Assembly (NCBI GenBank): GCA_963790475.1
Contig: CAWBOS010000013.1
Coordinates: 160,001-224,000, forward strand
Direction of reading: 5' to 3'
Length of the DNA stretch: 64,000 bases
Source: an uncultured delta proteobacterium
Lineage (GTDB): Bacteria > Desulfobacterota > RBG-13-43-22
The notes beneath the pieces are model-generated. The model was not told the origin of the DNA. It ran no database searches and saw nothing but the letters and a program-made list of their open reading frames with translations. Each line of letters begins with the position of its first letter. The stretch's first letter is position 1. This document shows positions 49,354-59,119 of the stretch, piece by piece. The translations under genes were made by a program, and so were the position numbers.

Positions 49354-50541
49354 ATGCATCCTCTGGAAGGTATACGAGTGGTTGACCTGACCACCATGAT
49401 AAACGGACCGGTGGCTGCCATGCTCCTGTCTGATATGGGTGCCGAGGTCATCAAGATCGAACCCCCGGACGGCGATCCCTGGCGGCCCATGCTGGGCGGT
49501 TTCCTGGCTTATAACAGGGGAAAGAGGGCCATTGCCCTTAACCTGAAAAAGGAAGCTGGTAAGGCGATCGCTTATGAACTCATTGCCAGGGCGGATGTCC
49601 TGGTGGAAAATGCCCGTTGGGGCGTATGGCACCGTCTGGGCCTGGATTACGAATCAGTAGTCAAGATAAAACCGGATATTATTTACCTCACGGTTACCGG
49701 ACACGGTACGAGCGGGCCTTTTATCCATATGGCCGGCTACGATCCGCTCCTTCAGGCCCGCAGCGGACAGATGGTGGGCCAGGGAGGGAAAGACCAGCCG
49801 CCGGTCTTTCACGTGATCGCCATCAATGACGTCGCCTCTCCCATGTTGGGGGCCTACGGCGTGGCCCTGGCCTTGCTTCAGCGTCTGCGGACAGGCCAAG
49901 GACAGCACGTGGTCATGTCTTTGACCAATGCCTCGGTCTGTCTGCAGGCCCTGGAATTCATGGATTACCCGGTCATGAAGCCTATCAATAAAGGCGGGGA
50001 CCGTCTTATTGGATTAAACGCCACCACCCGCCACTATCAGACTTCAGATGAACGGTGGCTTATGCTCATCTGTCCCAAGGAACCTCACTGGCAGGGTTTG
50101 TGCCGTTCCCTGGGACGGGATGACCTGTTCTCTGACCCGCGGTTCGCGACCCCTGAAAAGCGAGCCGAAAACGATAAGGCCCTGGCTGAACTTCTGGTAA
50201 AGGCTTTTGGGCAAAAACCGGCGGAGTACTGGCTGGAGGTCCTTTCACAAGCGGATGTGCCGGTGTCCCTGGGCCAGGTCAACGAGGAGCTTCTCGAAGA
50301 CCCCCACTGCTTGGAAAACGGTTTCTTCGAGGAGGAGGATCATCCGCAACTCGGCTGGGTCAAACACCACGGGATCACTCCCCGATTTTCGGACATGACC
50401 GGTATCATACGTCGAACCGGCCCACTGCTTGGCCAGCATACGGCGGAAGTACTGGCCGAATTGGGGTATACCCGGGAAGAGATAGATCATCTCGTGGAAG
50501 ACAAGGTCGCCTTTTTAATGGAGGAGATCGAGAAAGAATAG
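49354..50541 (+). CDS. CaiB/BaiF family III CoA-transferase
   Basis: PLEGIRVVDL, GAEVIKIEPP, NRGKR, GYDPLLQARSG, IND and LGQHT. Confidence 0.9.
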   Translation: MHPLEGIRVVDLTTMINGPVAAMLLSDMGAEVIKIEPPDGDPWRPMLGGFLAYNRGKRAIALNLKKEAGKAIAYELIARADVLVENARWGVWHRLGLDYESVVKIKPDIIYLTVTGHGTSGPFIHMAGYDPLLQARSGQMVGQGGKDQPPVFHVIAINDVASPMLGAYGVALALLQRLRTGQGQHVVMSLTNASVCLQALEFMDYPVMKPINKGGDRLIGLNATTRHYQTSDERWLMLICPKEPHWQGLCRSLGRDDLFSDPRFATPEKRAENDKALAELLVKAFGQKPAEYWLEVLSQADVPVSLGQVNEELLEDPHCLENGFFEEEDHPQLGWVKHHGITPRFSDMTGIIRRTGPLLGQHTAEVLAELGYTREEIDHLVEDKVAFLMEEIEKE

Positions 50542-50648
50542 GAGACTTCTTTAGAAAACCGGACCTTATGATTCAGTATGACACTAAATTTCTGTATATT
50601 CTCAAAAACATCATGATATACCGCGAGAATAAGATCAAAACCGGCAGA

Positions 50649-52259
50649 TTATGGTCGGACACTCCGCTTCGGACCCGCATTTCTCTTCAGGTATGGCTGA
50701 GCCGCCTTGATGAATTTACAGATTATCGATCTGGTATCCCGGGGGTCGATGATATCGATTACATCGCCGGCCTCGGCAGCCCGGAAGGGGGAGCGAACCC
50801 CGATTAACCTATCCTCCAGTTCCCGACGCTTGGCTTCGGGATCGGGGGAAGATTCAATCTCCCTGCGGTAGGCGGCGGCAACCCCTCCCTCCACTGGAAT
50901 TGCTCCCCATTCCCCACTGGGCCAGCCAAAACGCAGGTGGAGGGACATCATGCCCCCGACACTGGAGAAGGCGTCTCCCCCCATGCCGTAGGATTTCCGC
51001 ACGGCAATATGGACCTTAGGAACGGTCGCTTCCTGCGCAGCCATGACGGCTGCCATACCATATCGCAAAGTACCTCCCCTTTCCGACTCTTCCCCGATCA
51101 TAAAACCAGGCACATCCACCAGAAGGATCACCGGAATGTTGAAACAGTTGCAGATATCAATAAAACGTTCCATTTTCTGAGAAGACTTTCCTTCCAGGGC
51201 TCCGGCCAATTTCATCGGATTGCTGGCCAGAATCCCCACCACATAACCGTCCATCCGGGCCAGGACTGTTATGAGCGAAGAGCCATAATGTTTGCGCAGC
51301 TCGAAAAATTCACCCCGGTCAACGAGTAGGCTTATGACCTTGTACATGTCATAGGCTTTTTTACGGTCGATGGGCACGATCCTCAACAATTCTTCCGCCC
51401 GACGGTTCGGATCATCCCCGGTCTCTTTCCGGGCCGGCACCTCATAGACATTATTAGGCATATAACTGAGGAACTCTCGGATTTAGCGAAAGCAGTCCTC
51501 TTCATCCGCGGCTTCGTTATCAATGACGCCGGATTCCCGGGTGTGAATCCTGGTGCCCCCCAGGTCGTCTTTTTCTATTTCTTTGCTCAGAGCCCTGGAA
51601 ACGACGGGAGGGCCGGCGGGAAATATCTGCCCGCTTCCTTTGACCATAATGGAAAAATGTGAAAGGACCGCCCGGGCCGCCACGTGGCCGGCGCAGGAGC
51701 CCATCACGGCCGATATCACCGGCGCTTTCTGCAGCAGTTGCACATCTCCCCACCATAAGGTTGTTCCCGGAGGCAGAAACATCCGCCCTCTATCTTCGTA
51801 GCTTGCGGCGCTGGCGCCCGCGCCGTCACAGAGTTGGATCAGCGGGATGCCGTACTGCTGGGACATGGGCTGGGTAAAAAAACGCGCATCCTTATGGATT
51901 CCCGCAGGACTGCCACCGCTGATCGTGAAGTCTTCCCCTCCCACGGTAACCAGCCGCCCGTCGATTTCGGCCAGCCCTAAAACGAAAGCGGCCGGAGTGA
52001 AGCCGGTCAGATTCCCCTCCCCGTCGTATTGTCCTTTGCCCATCAAGGATCCGACCTCCATGAAAGTGCCCTTGTCCACCAGCTTTTCAATACGTTCCCG
52101 TATGGTCAGTTTCCTCTGGCTGTGATGGCGGGCAATTCGTTCCTTTCCTCCCATTCGTTTGGCAACTTCTCGGCGCTTTTCCAACTCCTCAATCGCCACC
52201 TCCCATCCCATGCCCGGCTTCCAGGTGGCGATTTTTCTGAATTCATCATCTTTCTTCAT
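50649..52259 (-). pseudogene. Acyl-CoA carboxylase carboxyltransferase with an in-frame TAA at 51483-51485
   Basis: ORFs 51483-52259 and 50649-51461 are in the same frame (...EEDCFR*IREFLSYMP...). Motifs KLTIRERI, DFTISGGS and DVPGFMIG..SE are present. Confidence 0.85.
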
Positions 52260-52465
52260 TACGAATCCTCCATTTATTAAGTTTCAATTTACCTGATCGA
52301 TCCGGAATCGATTTTATCTTTAAAAAACCATTTTTTCATCAAATAAATTATGCTCCTCCCATTATCAAAAGAGTGAATCGAAAAATCGAAGGGTTGCATC
52401 TTTTATCTAAATTTTGTGATATTATGTCTAAACCTAAAAAATCTAAAAAGAGAAAGGAGATGTTC

Positions 52466-53257
52466 ATGGCCTTTTCAGGAAGCGAGGTTGTATTATATGA
52501 GAAACGAGACAGAAAAGCCTATATCACCTTAAACCGTCCGGAAGCAATGAACGCCCTGAATAGTGCGGTGAGACAGGGCTTGCAGGAAGCGATCCTTGAT
52601 CTTCGGGATGATGACAATATCCTCGTGGGTATCGTCACCGGGGCCGGCGGACGTGCCTTTTCAGCAGGGATGGATCTGAAACAGCGGGCGCAATCAAACC
52701 AAACCGCAGGCCCCTCCAGGGAAGTCCCAACGGCAGATAATCGATGGACGGAATTAGGGGTCTGGAAACCGATAATCGCAGCCATCGACGGATACTGCCT
52801 GGCAGGCGGTTTGGAGCTCTCACTGCAATGCGACATTCGCATAGCAACAAAGCAATCCCAATTCGGCCTTCCCGAGCCGCGCCGAAGCCTCCTGGCTGGA
52901 TATGGTCTGCATAACCTGTCCCGTATGATCCCCTTGGGTCACGCCCTTTATATCCAACTCACCGGCAGTCCTGTTACAGCAGAAACCGCCGAAAAATGGG
53001 GGATCATTCAGGAAATTGTACCTGACAGGGCTGCCCTCATGGAGCGGGTAGAGCAAATCGCAGATGATATCATGCAGTGCGCCCCTCTCGCCGTTCAGGC
53101 GATAAAGCAGATCGTTATGCAAGGACGGAACCTGCCGGTCGAATACAGCCTGAAACTGGCACAACCCATCAGCCAAAAGATCGCCAAGACTGAAGACCGA
53201 TTAGAGGGACCGAGGGCTTTTGCTGAAAAACGCAAACCTGTCTGGAAAATGCGCTGA
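52466..53257 (+). CDS. Enoyl-CoA hydratase/isomerase (crotonase family)
   Basis: ITLNRPEAMNAL, FSAGMDL, KPIIAAIDGYCLAGGLEL, FGLPE and EGPRAFAEKRKP. Confidence 0.9.
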   Translation: MAFSGSEVVLYEKRDRKAYITLNRPEAMNALNSAVRQGLQEAILDLRDDDNILVGIVTGAGGRAFSAGMDLKQRAQSNQTAGPSREVPTADNRWTELGVWKPIIAAIDGYCLAGGLELSLQCDIRIATKQSQFGLPEPRRSLLAGYGLHNLSRMIPLGHALYIQLTGSPVTAETAEKWGIIQEIVPDRAALMERVEQIADDIMQCAPLAVQAIKQIVMQGRNLPVEYSLKLAQPISQKIAKTEDRLEGPRAFAEKRKPVWKMR

Positions 53258-53423
53258 GATCTCTCTCCCTCCGCACGGTGCAAACTGAGACTCAAGAGAA
53301 AGACCCAACGAACAAAAGGGCTGGAGTCAGGTCTATTTTCTTAACATTGTTTCTTTTATTCGCTTAATTCGACTTTGCATTGAAGCACCTCTGCGGTAAA
53401 AATCTTTGCCGGGGTGGGCCTGT

Positions 53424-53618
53424 TTTATTTCCGATGAAGTTTATAAAGATTTGATTTATGAGCGGGAAAATTACCTTCTGGAAGGAGAAAAAGTAATTAC
53501 GCTTAATTCTTTTTCTAAAACTTTTGCGATGTGCGGATTTCGGGTGGGCTATGTTTATGCCCGAGAGCAAGATTTAATTCAAAAAATAAGATCTTTTAAT
53601 TGCCAAAATTACTTATAG
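53424..53618 (+). pseudogene. Internal fragment of a class I/II PLP aminotransferase
   Basis: ISDEVY...NSFSKTFAMCGFRVGY; no N- or C-terminus. Confidence 0.65.
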
Positions 53619-53621
53619 AAC

Positions 53622-54209
53622 ATGTGTAACATTCGAGAGGCGACAGATCAGGACACAGCAGCCATTGCATTGCTGATCACCCAACTCGGCTATGAAACAA
53701 CCGAAGACAAGATGCGGAATCGGATGCAGTGCATAGGCGCCGACACTCGGTATGTAAGCCTTGTGGCATCGAACGAGAAAAGCGTCATGGGCTTTCTCGG
53801 CCTAGCCTTCGGATTGTACTACGAATACAACGGGATTTACGCCCGGATAGTTGCTTTGTCGGTTGCGCCAGAGTCGCAGGGTGAAGGCGTCGGAAGAAAA
53901 TTGATTGCGGCGGCAGAAGAGATCGCGAAGGCCAGAGGCGCGATTACATTCATTGTCAATTCAGGTTTGCAGCGAGCCGAAGCGCATAAATTCTATGAAG
54001 GACTCGGATTCCTATGGAAGGGGAAGGCATTCTACGAAGCACTTGGGACTGCCGAACCAATAAGGATTGAGACGATCGCGCGGACAGACCGCGCTCCGGC
54101 TGAATGGCGGCATTATGCTCACCTTCAACCAGTAATCATCTTTTTTCTGTTCATTCCCTGTTCAACAGTTGTAGGTCAAGTCCCAATCAGGCTTATGGGA
54201 CACTCCTGA
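53622..54209 (+). CDS. GNAT acetyltransferase (C-terminus runs through an attC-like site)
   Basis: IREA...D, LSV..ESQGEGVGRKLI and AHKFYEGLGF. Confidence 0.8.
   Translation: MCNIREATDQDTAAIALLITQLGYETTEDKMRNRMQCIGADTRYVSLVASNEKSVMGFLGLAFGLYYEYNGIYARIVALSVAPESQGEGVGRKLIAAAEEIAKARGAITFIVNSGLQRAEAHKFYEGLGFLWKGKAFYEALGTAEPIRIETIARTDRAPAEWRHYAHLQPVIIFFLFIPCSTVVGQVPIRLMGHS
54051..54118 (+). other. Degenerate attC-like site at the GNAT 3' end
   Basis: GCCGAAC...CGCG-CGGACAGAC-CGCG...GGCATTATGC; the core would be GTTATGC with one change. Confidence 0.3.
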
Positions 54210-54245
54210 AACGGTAAAGGCAGAAATTGGATCTGAGAACAAGAG

Positions 54246-56224
54246 GTAGAGTAGAGAGCTGGAACCTGACTGGTGCCACTTTTGGTCTTTCCGATGCACG
54301 CATCTACTACGAGCTATAGTGGTCAGCCGGGGCCAGCCCTCCCTCATCAAACCGTGCATGCGGTTTTCCCGCACACGGCTTTCCGATGTCCTTCACCGCA
54401 GGGCATGCGCTTTGTCCAGCCCGCCGAAGTCGGCACCTTGTAGAGACCGTACTTCTCGTATAGCGCCCTTCGTTTGAACCTGAGATACCCCATCTTTCTA
54501 TCTCTGACCTTGTGCCGCTTTCGCAGGTGTGTGATCAACCGCTCTTCCACATGCCCCCGTATCCGAGCCAGTGTGGTACTGCAATTGCGGTAATGAAAGT
54601 AGCCGACCCATCCCCGCACGGTGGCGTTAACTTCATTCACCACCCACTCGATAGGCATAATGGTTCGGGATCGATCCGTAATTGCCGTCACTCGGTCTTT
54701 GATAGATTGTATGGCTTTCTTTGAAGGTTGGACGTGAGGGTAGTACTTCCCCGTTCTATTGCTCCGTCCCATCCGGATCGTATATCCAAGGAAGTTGTAA
54801 CTCCCTTTGTAGGCATTGACGGTCTTCGTCTTGGCCTCGTTCAGGGTAAGCCCCAGTTTCGCCAGTATCCGTCGCAGCATCTGCATCGGGCGTTCGGTTC
54901 CGCACCGGCAGAGGACAACAATATCGTCCGCATAGCGCACGATCCGTGCCCCGAGTTTCTTCTCCAACTGATGCCGTTCCCATATCCTGTCCATTAGATG
55001 CAGGTACAGGTTCGCCAATATTGGTGAGATTACCCCCCCTTGCGGGGTGCCTTGACGGTTTTCCTTGCCACCGCCGATGTTCTTTTTCTTTCCATCCTGG
55101 TCCACTTCCATGACCGGGGCTTTGAGCCACATCTTGATGATGCGCAATATCTCACCATCACTGATCCGCTCGGCAACTACAGCCAGGAGGTTGGCGTGGG
55201 GAATGGTATCGAAGTATTTGCTCAGATCGGCGTCGATGATCTCCGTGTACCCTCTATGCATGGCCGAGGCTACATCATCAACGGCGTCGTGGGCTGACTT
55301 CCTGGGCCTAAACCCGTATGAGCTGTCGCAAAAGTCTGCTTCAAAGATCGGTTCGATGACCAGCTTTACGGCCATCTGGGCTACCCGGTCCCGTATCGTC
55401 GGTATACCCAATGGCCTTTTGTCACCGTTGGCCTTGGGTATCATCACCCGCTTTACCGGGTCCGGTCGATAAGTCTTGCTCTTCAGTGCTTCTTCCAACT
55501 CCGCCATAAAGGCGGTTATCCCTTCTTCCGTCTCGATAGCCTCAAAGGTAACTCCGTCTATTCCGGCGCTCCCTTTATTGGCCCGGACAAGACTGTAGGC
55601 ATGACTGAGAATGTCCGCCCGGTACACCTTGTCATATAAGGCGTAGAAACGATAGGCTTTCTCCTGCTTGGCCTTCCGGTAGAGCTTCCTCTGTAGTGTC
55701 CTGATACTTTCCGGGGTTGTTAGCATCGCTGCAATCCCCTCTCCCTCCACTCTTCGGTTACTTGAACAAAGCAGGGTCCCTTCCCTCGGGCCGGGTTTTG
55801 TTGTCCCTTGCCCTCAAGCGGTACTATGAACCCCTCCGACTCCCGATACGGCCCAATACGATTTCGTCTCCTTATACGTATCGGTTGATGTTCCTCTTCC
55901 ATCACCTCATCGGGTCTCCAGCACTGGACTGTTTATCTTCCACCGCATGCCGTCCTTGCTACCCCGGAAGATCTCAAAGGCTGCTTCCGTTTTCCAAGCC
56001 CTTAACATCGGCCTTCCCCATATGTCCACTGGGTCGGCATCTTCACTTTATATTTACGAGGCTACCTATTGGTTCATTTCCATTACGGCCTGTGGCTTTG
56101 CCAATTGGGAACTTACGACCCCCGGTTACCCGAACGCCGCTCCCTTGATCTACCGGGGTGAACGGACAACTCCCCGGACGGGACTTTAACCCGTAAGTGT
56201 AAACAGTTGTTACTGCGTACGGAC
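54246..56224 (-). mobile_element. Group II intron (~1.98 kb)
   Basis: Domain V (AAGCCGTGTGCGGGAAAACCGCATGCACGGTTTGATGAG), a long domain VI ending CTACTCTAC, a probable 5' end GTCCGTACGCAG (variant of GUGYG) and an internal RT ORF. The 5' boundary is less certain. Confidence 0.85.
54347..55726 (-). CDS. ltrA: Group II intron reverse transcriptase/maturase (no endonuclease domain)
   Basis: RPLGIPTIRDR, SYGFRP, DADLSKYFD, GTPQGGVISP, RYADD, FLGY and domain X RGWVGYF. Confidence 0.95.
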   Translation of the reverse strand: MLTTPESIRTLQRKLYRKAKQEKAYRFYALYDKVYRADILSHAYSLVRANKGSAGIDGVTFEAIETEEGITAFMAELEEALKSKTYRPDPVKRVMIPKANGDKRPLGIPTIRDRVAQMAVKLVIEPIFEADFCDSSYGFRPRKSAHDAVDDVASAMHRGYTEIIDADLSKYFDTIPHANLLAVVAERISDGEILRIIKMWLKAPVMEVDQDGKKKNIGGGKENRQGTPQGGVISPILANLYLHLMDRIWERHQLEKKLGARIVRYADDIVVLCRCGTERPMQMLRRILAKLGLTLNEAKTKTVNAYKGSYNFLGYTIRMGRSNRTGKYYPHVQPSKKAIQSIKDRVTAITDRSRTIMPIEWVVNEVNATVRGWVGYFHYRNCSTTLARIRGHVEERLITHLRKRHKVRDRKMGYLRFKRRALYEKYGLYKVPTSAGWTKRMPCGEGHRKAVCGKTACTV

Positions 56225-56368
56225 AGCATATTTATTAATGAAATGGAAATGAAAAAGATTACTGAATCCCGTAAACAACGCCCCTCACTTTCGCGGGACC
56301 TTTTGGGAAAATCAGACTGAAGATGGAAAAGCCGGAAGAGGCGAGGCCACGCCCTGATCGCGAAGAGC

Positions 56369-56815
56369 CTATCGTACGCCGCACACGGCATTATATGTGA
56401 ACATCAATAGAGAATTATCAGCGATGGGGATCCACTCTTTCACGGTGGAATTATCCTGAGACGTTAAGAGGTTATCCAGATCGTCATAGGTATTCTCCGA
56501 GAGGAAATTAACTCTTTTCGACGAACAGTTTATCTCTATGCGGCTGATGAAATACCGGAGTTCATTCCATCCCGCAGCAGACAATCCCGCGTCGCGTCTT
56601 TCCTTGATAAATTTTTGCTTTACGGCATCGTATTCAAAAAAGGTTTTCGTGTCCACTTTGATCTTTCCATTATAATCGGAGGTGATGCTGTCTCTGTCAT
56701 AGTAATAGTCCACACCGCCCTGGGAATAGACTGATATCCAGTCTGCAGCGATGGCACTTGAAAAGGTCCCACAAATCACAAAAAAGGTGACCGACATCAG
56801 GGTAATGAACTTCAT
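56369..56815 (-). CDS. Secreted protein, surface-adhesin-E-like
   Basis: Signal peptide, ADW, YYDRDSI, EINC, W.PI and a terminal AVC. Confidence 0.55.
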   Translation of the reverse strand: MKFITLMSVTFFVICGTFSSAIAADWISVYSQGGVDYYYDRDSITSDYNGKIKVDTKTFFEYDAVKQKFIKERRDAGLSAAGWNELRYFISRIEINCSSKRVNFLSENTYDDLDNLLTSQDNSTVKEWIPIADNSLLMFTYNAVCGVR

Positions 56816-57168
56816 TTCCCGATCCCCCCTTGAACATGGATAGCGAGCGCATTCTGTTCAGGCTAAATGCCTGACTTAAAAATTAGCGAGCGAACCTACA
56901 AAGAATTACCCCTCCATTGAGGAAAAGTATATTCTTAATTATTGTAATCCAAATTATCTTCATAAATCAAGGGCTATTTCCCCGCCCGTTTCATCCAAAA
57001 GGGAAATCGGTTTCGATCTCAAAAAAAAGCAGGCCCGATATGGCAGAAAAGGGTCCGTCCTCATGGATGGAAAAGAGATTAATCAGCATCTTTAAGGAAA
57101 CAATCGAGGAAATTCCAAGACAAGGGTATTAAAGGCGAACCGGCGCAGAAGGGCAGCAGAGGATAAAT

Positions 57169-57384
57169 TTGTTCGAGGAGATAGGAGACCAAGCTTTTTC
57201 CAGCAGGGGTTATTTATGGTTAGGTGAGGTCTATGCTGAGTCGGGGCGTAAGGAAGAGGCGCTGGAAAATCTTAAAAAGACCGAGACCATGTTCCGGAAG
57301 ACGGGCATGGATAACTGGCCGGCCAAGGCGCATAAGGCGCGGCGATTTTGTAAAGAAGAGGACCAATGGCCGGATCAGAAGTAG
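57169..57384 (+). pseudogene. TPR C-terminal fragment
   Basis: GYLWLGEVYAESGRKEEALENLKKTETMF..TGMDNW; no proper start. Confidence 0.4.
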
Positions 57385-57565
57385 CCTGGCCTTTTTTTGC
57401 ACATTTCGAATGGTAATTAATAAAGATTCTTCAAAGAATCGGGGCAGCCCGATTTTTTTTGACGAATTCCCCGGGAGACGTTATTATAGAGACCATAGTA
57501 TCGGACCATTGGTTCTCTCTGGTCGGGGATAGGAGAGCATTTATAAATGAAAGGAGAACCTGTCT

Positions 57566-58924
57566 GTGAATTCCTTTAAATCCAGGGCATCTCAAAAAAA
57601 GAAAAAAACTTTCTTTCTCGTGACCCTCGGTCTTGGCCTTTTAATCATTTCCGATTTTTCCTTCGCTAAGGATGCCACGTTGCTCTTTCAACAAGGGCAA
57701 TCTTTAGCAAAACAGGGGAAATATAAAGAGGCCCTGGCTGCTTTCGACCAGGCCATCGAATTAAACCCGGAGAATCCATATCCCTATATCATTGCCAGGG
57801 GGAATATTAAATTTCAGCAGGGCGACTTGAAGGGAGCCCTGGATGATTTTAACCAGGCCATCGAATTAGACCCCAAAAATCCATATCCCTATATTTTCAA
57901 AGGGAATATTAAATTTCAGCAAAGGGACCTGGGGGGGGCCCTGGTTGCTTTAGACCAGGCCATCGAATTAGATCCCAAGAATCCCTATCCCTATATTGTC
58001 GAGGGGGATATTAAATTTCAACTGGGGGCCCTGAATGGAGCCCTGGTTGCTTTCGACCAGGCCATTCAATTAGACCCCAGGAATCCCTATCCCTATGCTA
58101 TGGGAGGGCATATTAAATTTAAGCAAGGGGACCTGAAAGGAGCCCTGGCTGACTTTAACCAATCCATAAAACTAAACCCCAAGAATCCGTTTCCCTATGC
58201 CAACAGGGGGCATATTAAGTCTCAGCAGGGGGACCTGAAAGGAGCCCTGAATGATTATAACCGGGCCATCGATTTAAACCCCAATGATTCGGTTTCCCAT
58301 CATGCCAGAGGGGTTATTAAATTTCAGCAGGAAGACCTGAAGGGAGCCCTGGTAGATTTTAATCGGGCCATCGATTTAAACCCAAATAATTCGATTTCCT
58401 ATTTCAACAGGGGGGGTGTTAAAGTTAAGGAGGGGGACCTGAAGGGAGCCCTGACCGATTTTAACCGGGCCATCGATTTAGACCCAAACGATCCGGTCTC
58501 CCGTCATGCCCGAGGGGTTATTAAATTTCAGCAGGAGGATCTGGAGGGAGCTCTGGCTGATTTTAACCGATCCACCGATTTAAGCCCAAATAATCCCGCT
58601 CTCTATTTCTTAAAGGGGGCTGTTAAAGAACAGCAGGGAGATCTGAAGGGAGCCCTGGCTGACTTCCAAGAAAGTCGCGAATTAAAACCAGATGATCCTG
58701 AAGTCCTTAAGCAGATCGAGGCCCTCAAAAAAGAGATGGCCGAAGGTCCCAAAGGCCGTCAACAGATCGAGGACATTGATGACCAGGAAGAGGTGGCCGA
58801 AGGTCCCAAAGCCCGTCAAGAAAAAACAGCCGCAAGAAAAACCCTGAAACCGAAGAGAAAAGCGCCTTTTTCATTGGAGCTTGCCGATCTGATGAAATAT
58901 TTTCCCGCTTTTGGGCCTAGATAA
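57566..58924 (+). CDS. Exported TPR-repeat protein (~10 repeats, ~102-bp DNA periodicity)
   Basis: Signal-like N-terminus; repeated G.IKFQQGDLKGAL.DFN.AI.L.P. Confidence 0.85.
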   Translation: MNSFKSRASQKKKKTFFLVTLGLGLLIISDFSFAKDATLLFQQGQSLAKQGKYKEALAAFDQAIELNPENPYPYIIARGNIKFQQGDLKGALDDFNQAIELDPKNPYPYIFKGNIKFQQRDLGGALVALDQAIELDPKNPYPYIVEGDIKFQLGALNGALVAFDQAIQLDPRNPYPYAMGGHIKFKQGDLKGALADFNQSIKLNPKNPFPYANRGHIKSQQGDLKGALNDYNRAIDLNPNDSVSHHARGVIKFQQEDLKGALVDFNRAIDLNPNNSISYFNRGGVKVKEGDLKGALTDFNRAIDLDPNDPVSRHARGVIKFQQEDLEGALADFNRSTDLSPNNPALYFLKGAVKEQQGDLKGALADFQESRELKPDDPEVLKQIEALKKEMAEGPKGRQQIEDIDDQEEVAEGPKARQEKTAARKTLKPKRKAPFSLELADLMKYFPAFGPR

Positions 58925-59119
58925 TTCCGGCAAAAAGCCGGTTTCTTCAGACCAAGGCACGACCTATAGGCCCTCGAGTTACCCGTTAAAAAGCAACTTT
59001 TGCTTTCCTTTGGTGATTCATGCAAGAATCTCGTTGTTAAAGGATGGAAGCGGCGGAGATTTTTCTATAAGGATTAACAAAATCTACCCTGCTGAATACC
59101 AAAAGATAGGGAGAAAAAC

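Noticed and set aside
51483-51485. Recoded stop in the carboxyltransferase (also hsdR 16388)
   Set aside because: The codons are TAA, not TGA or TAG, and are not at Cys positions; ordinary nonsense changes.
54347-55750. Retron or defence-associated RT
   Set aside because: YADD, domain X and the flanking ribozyme domains identify a group II intron.
57700-58680. ~102-bp periodic DNA repeats as CRISPR or DGR template
   Set aside because: Fully explained by 34-aa TPR coding repeats.
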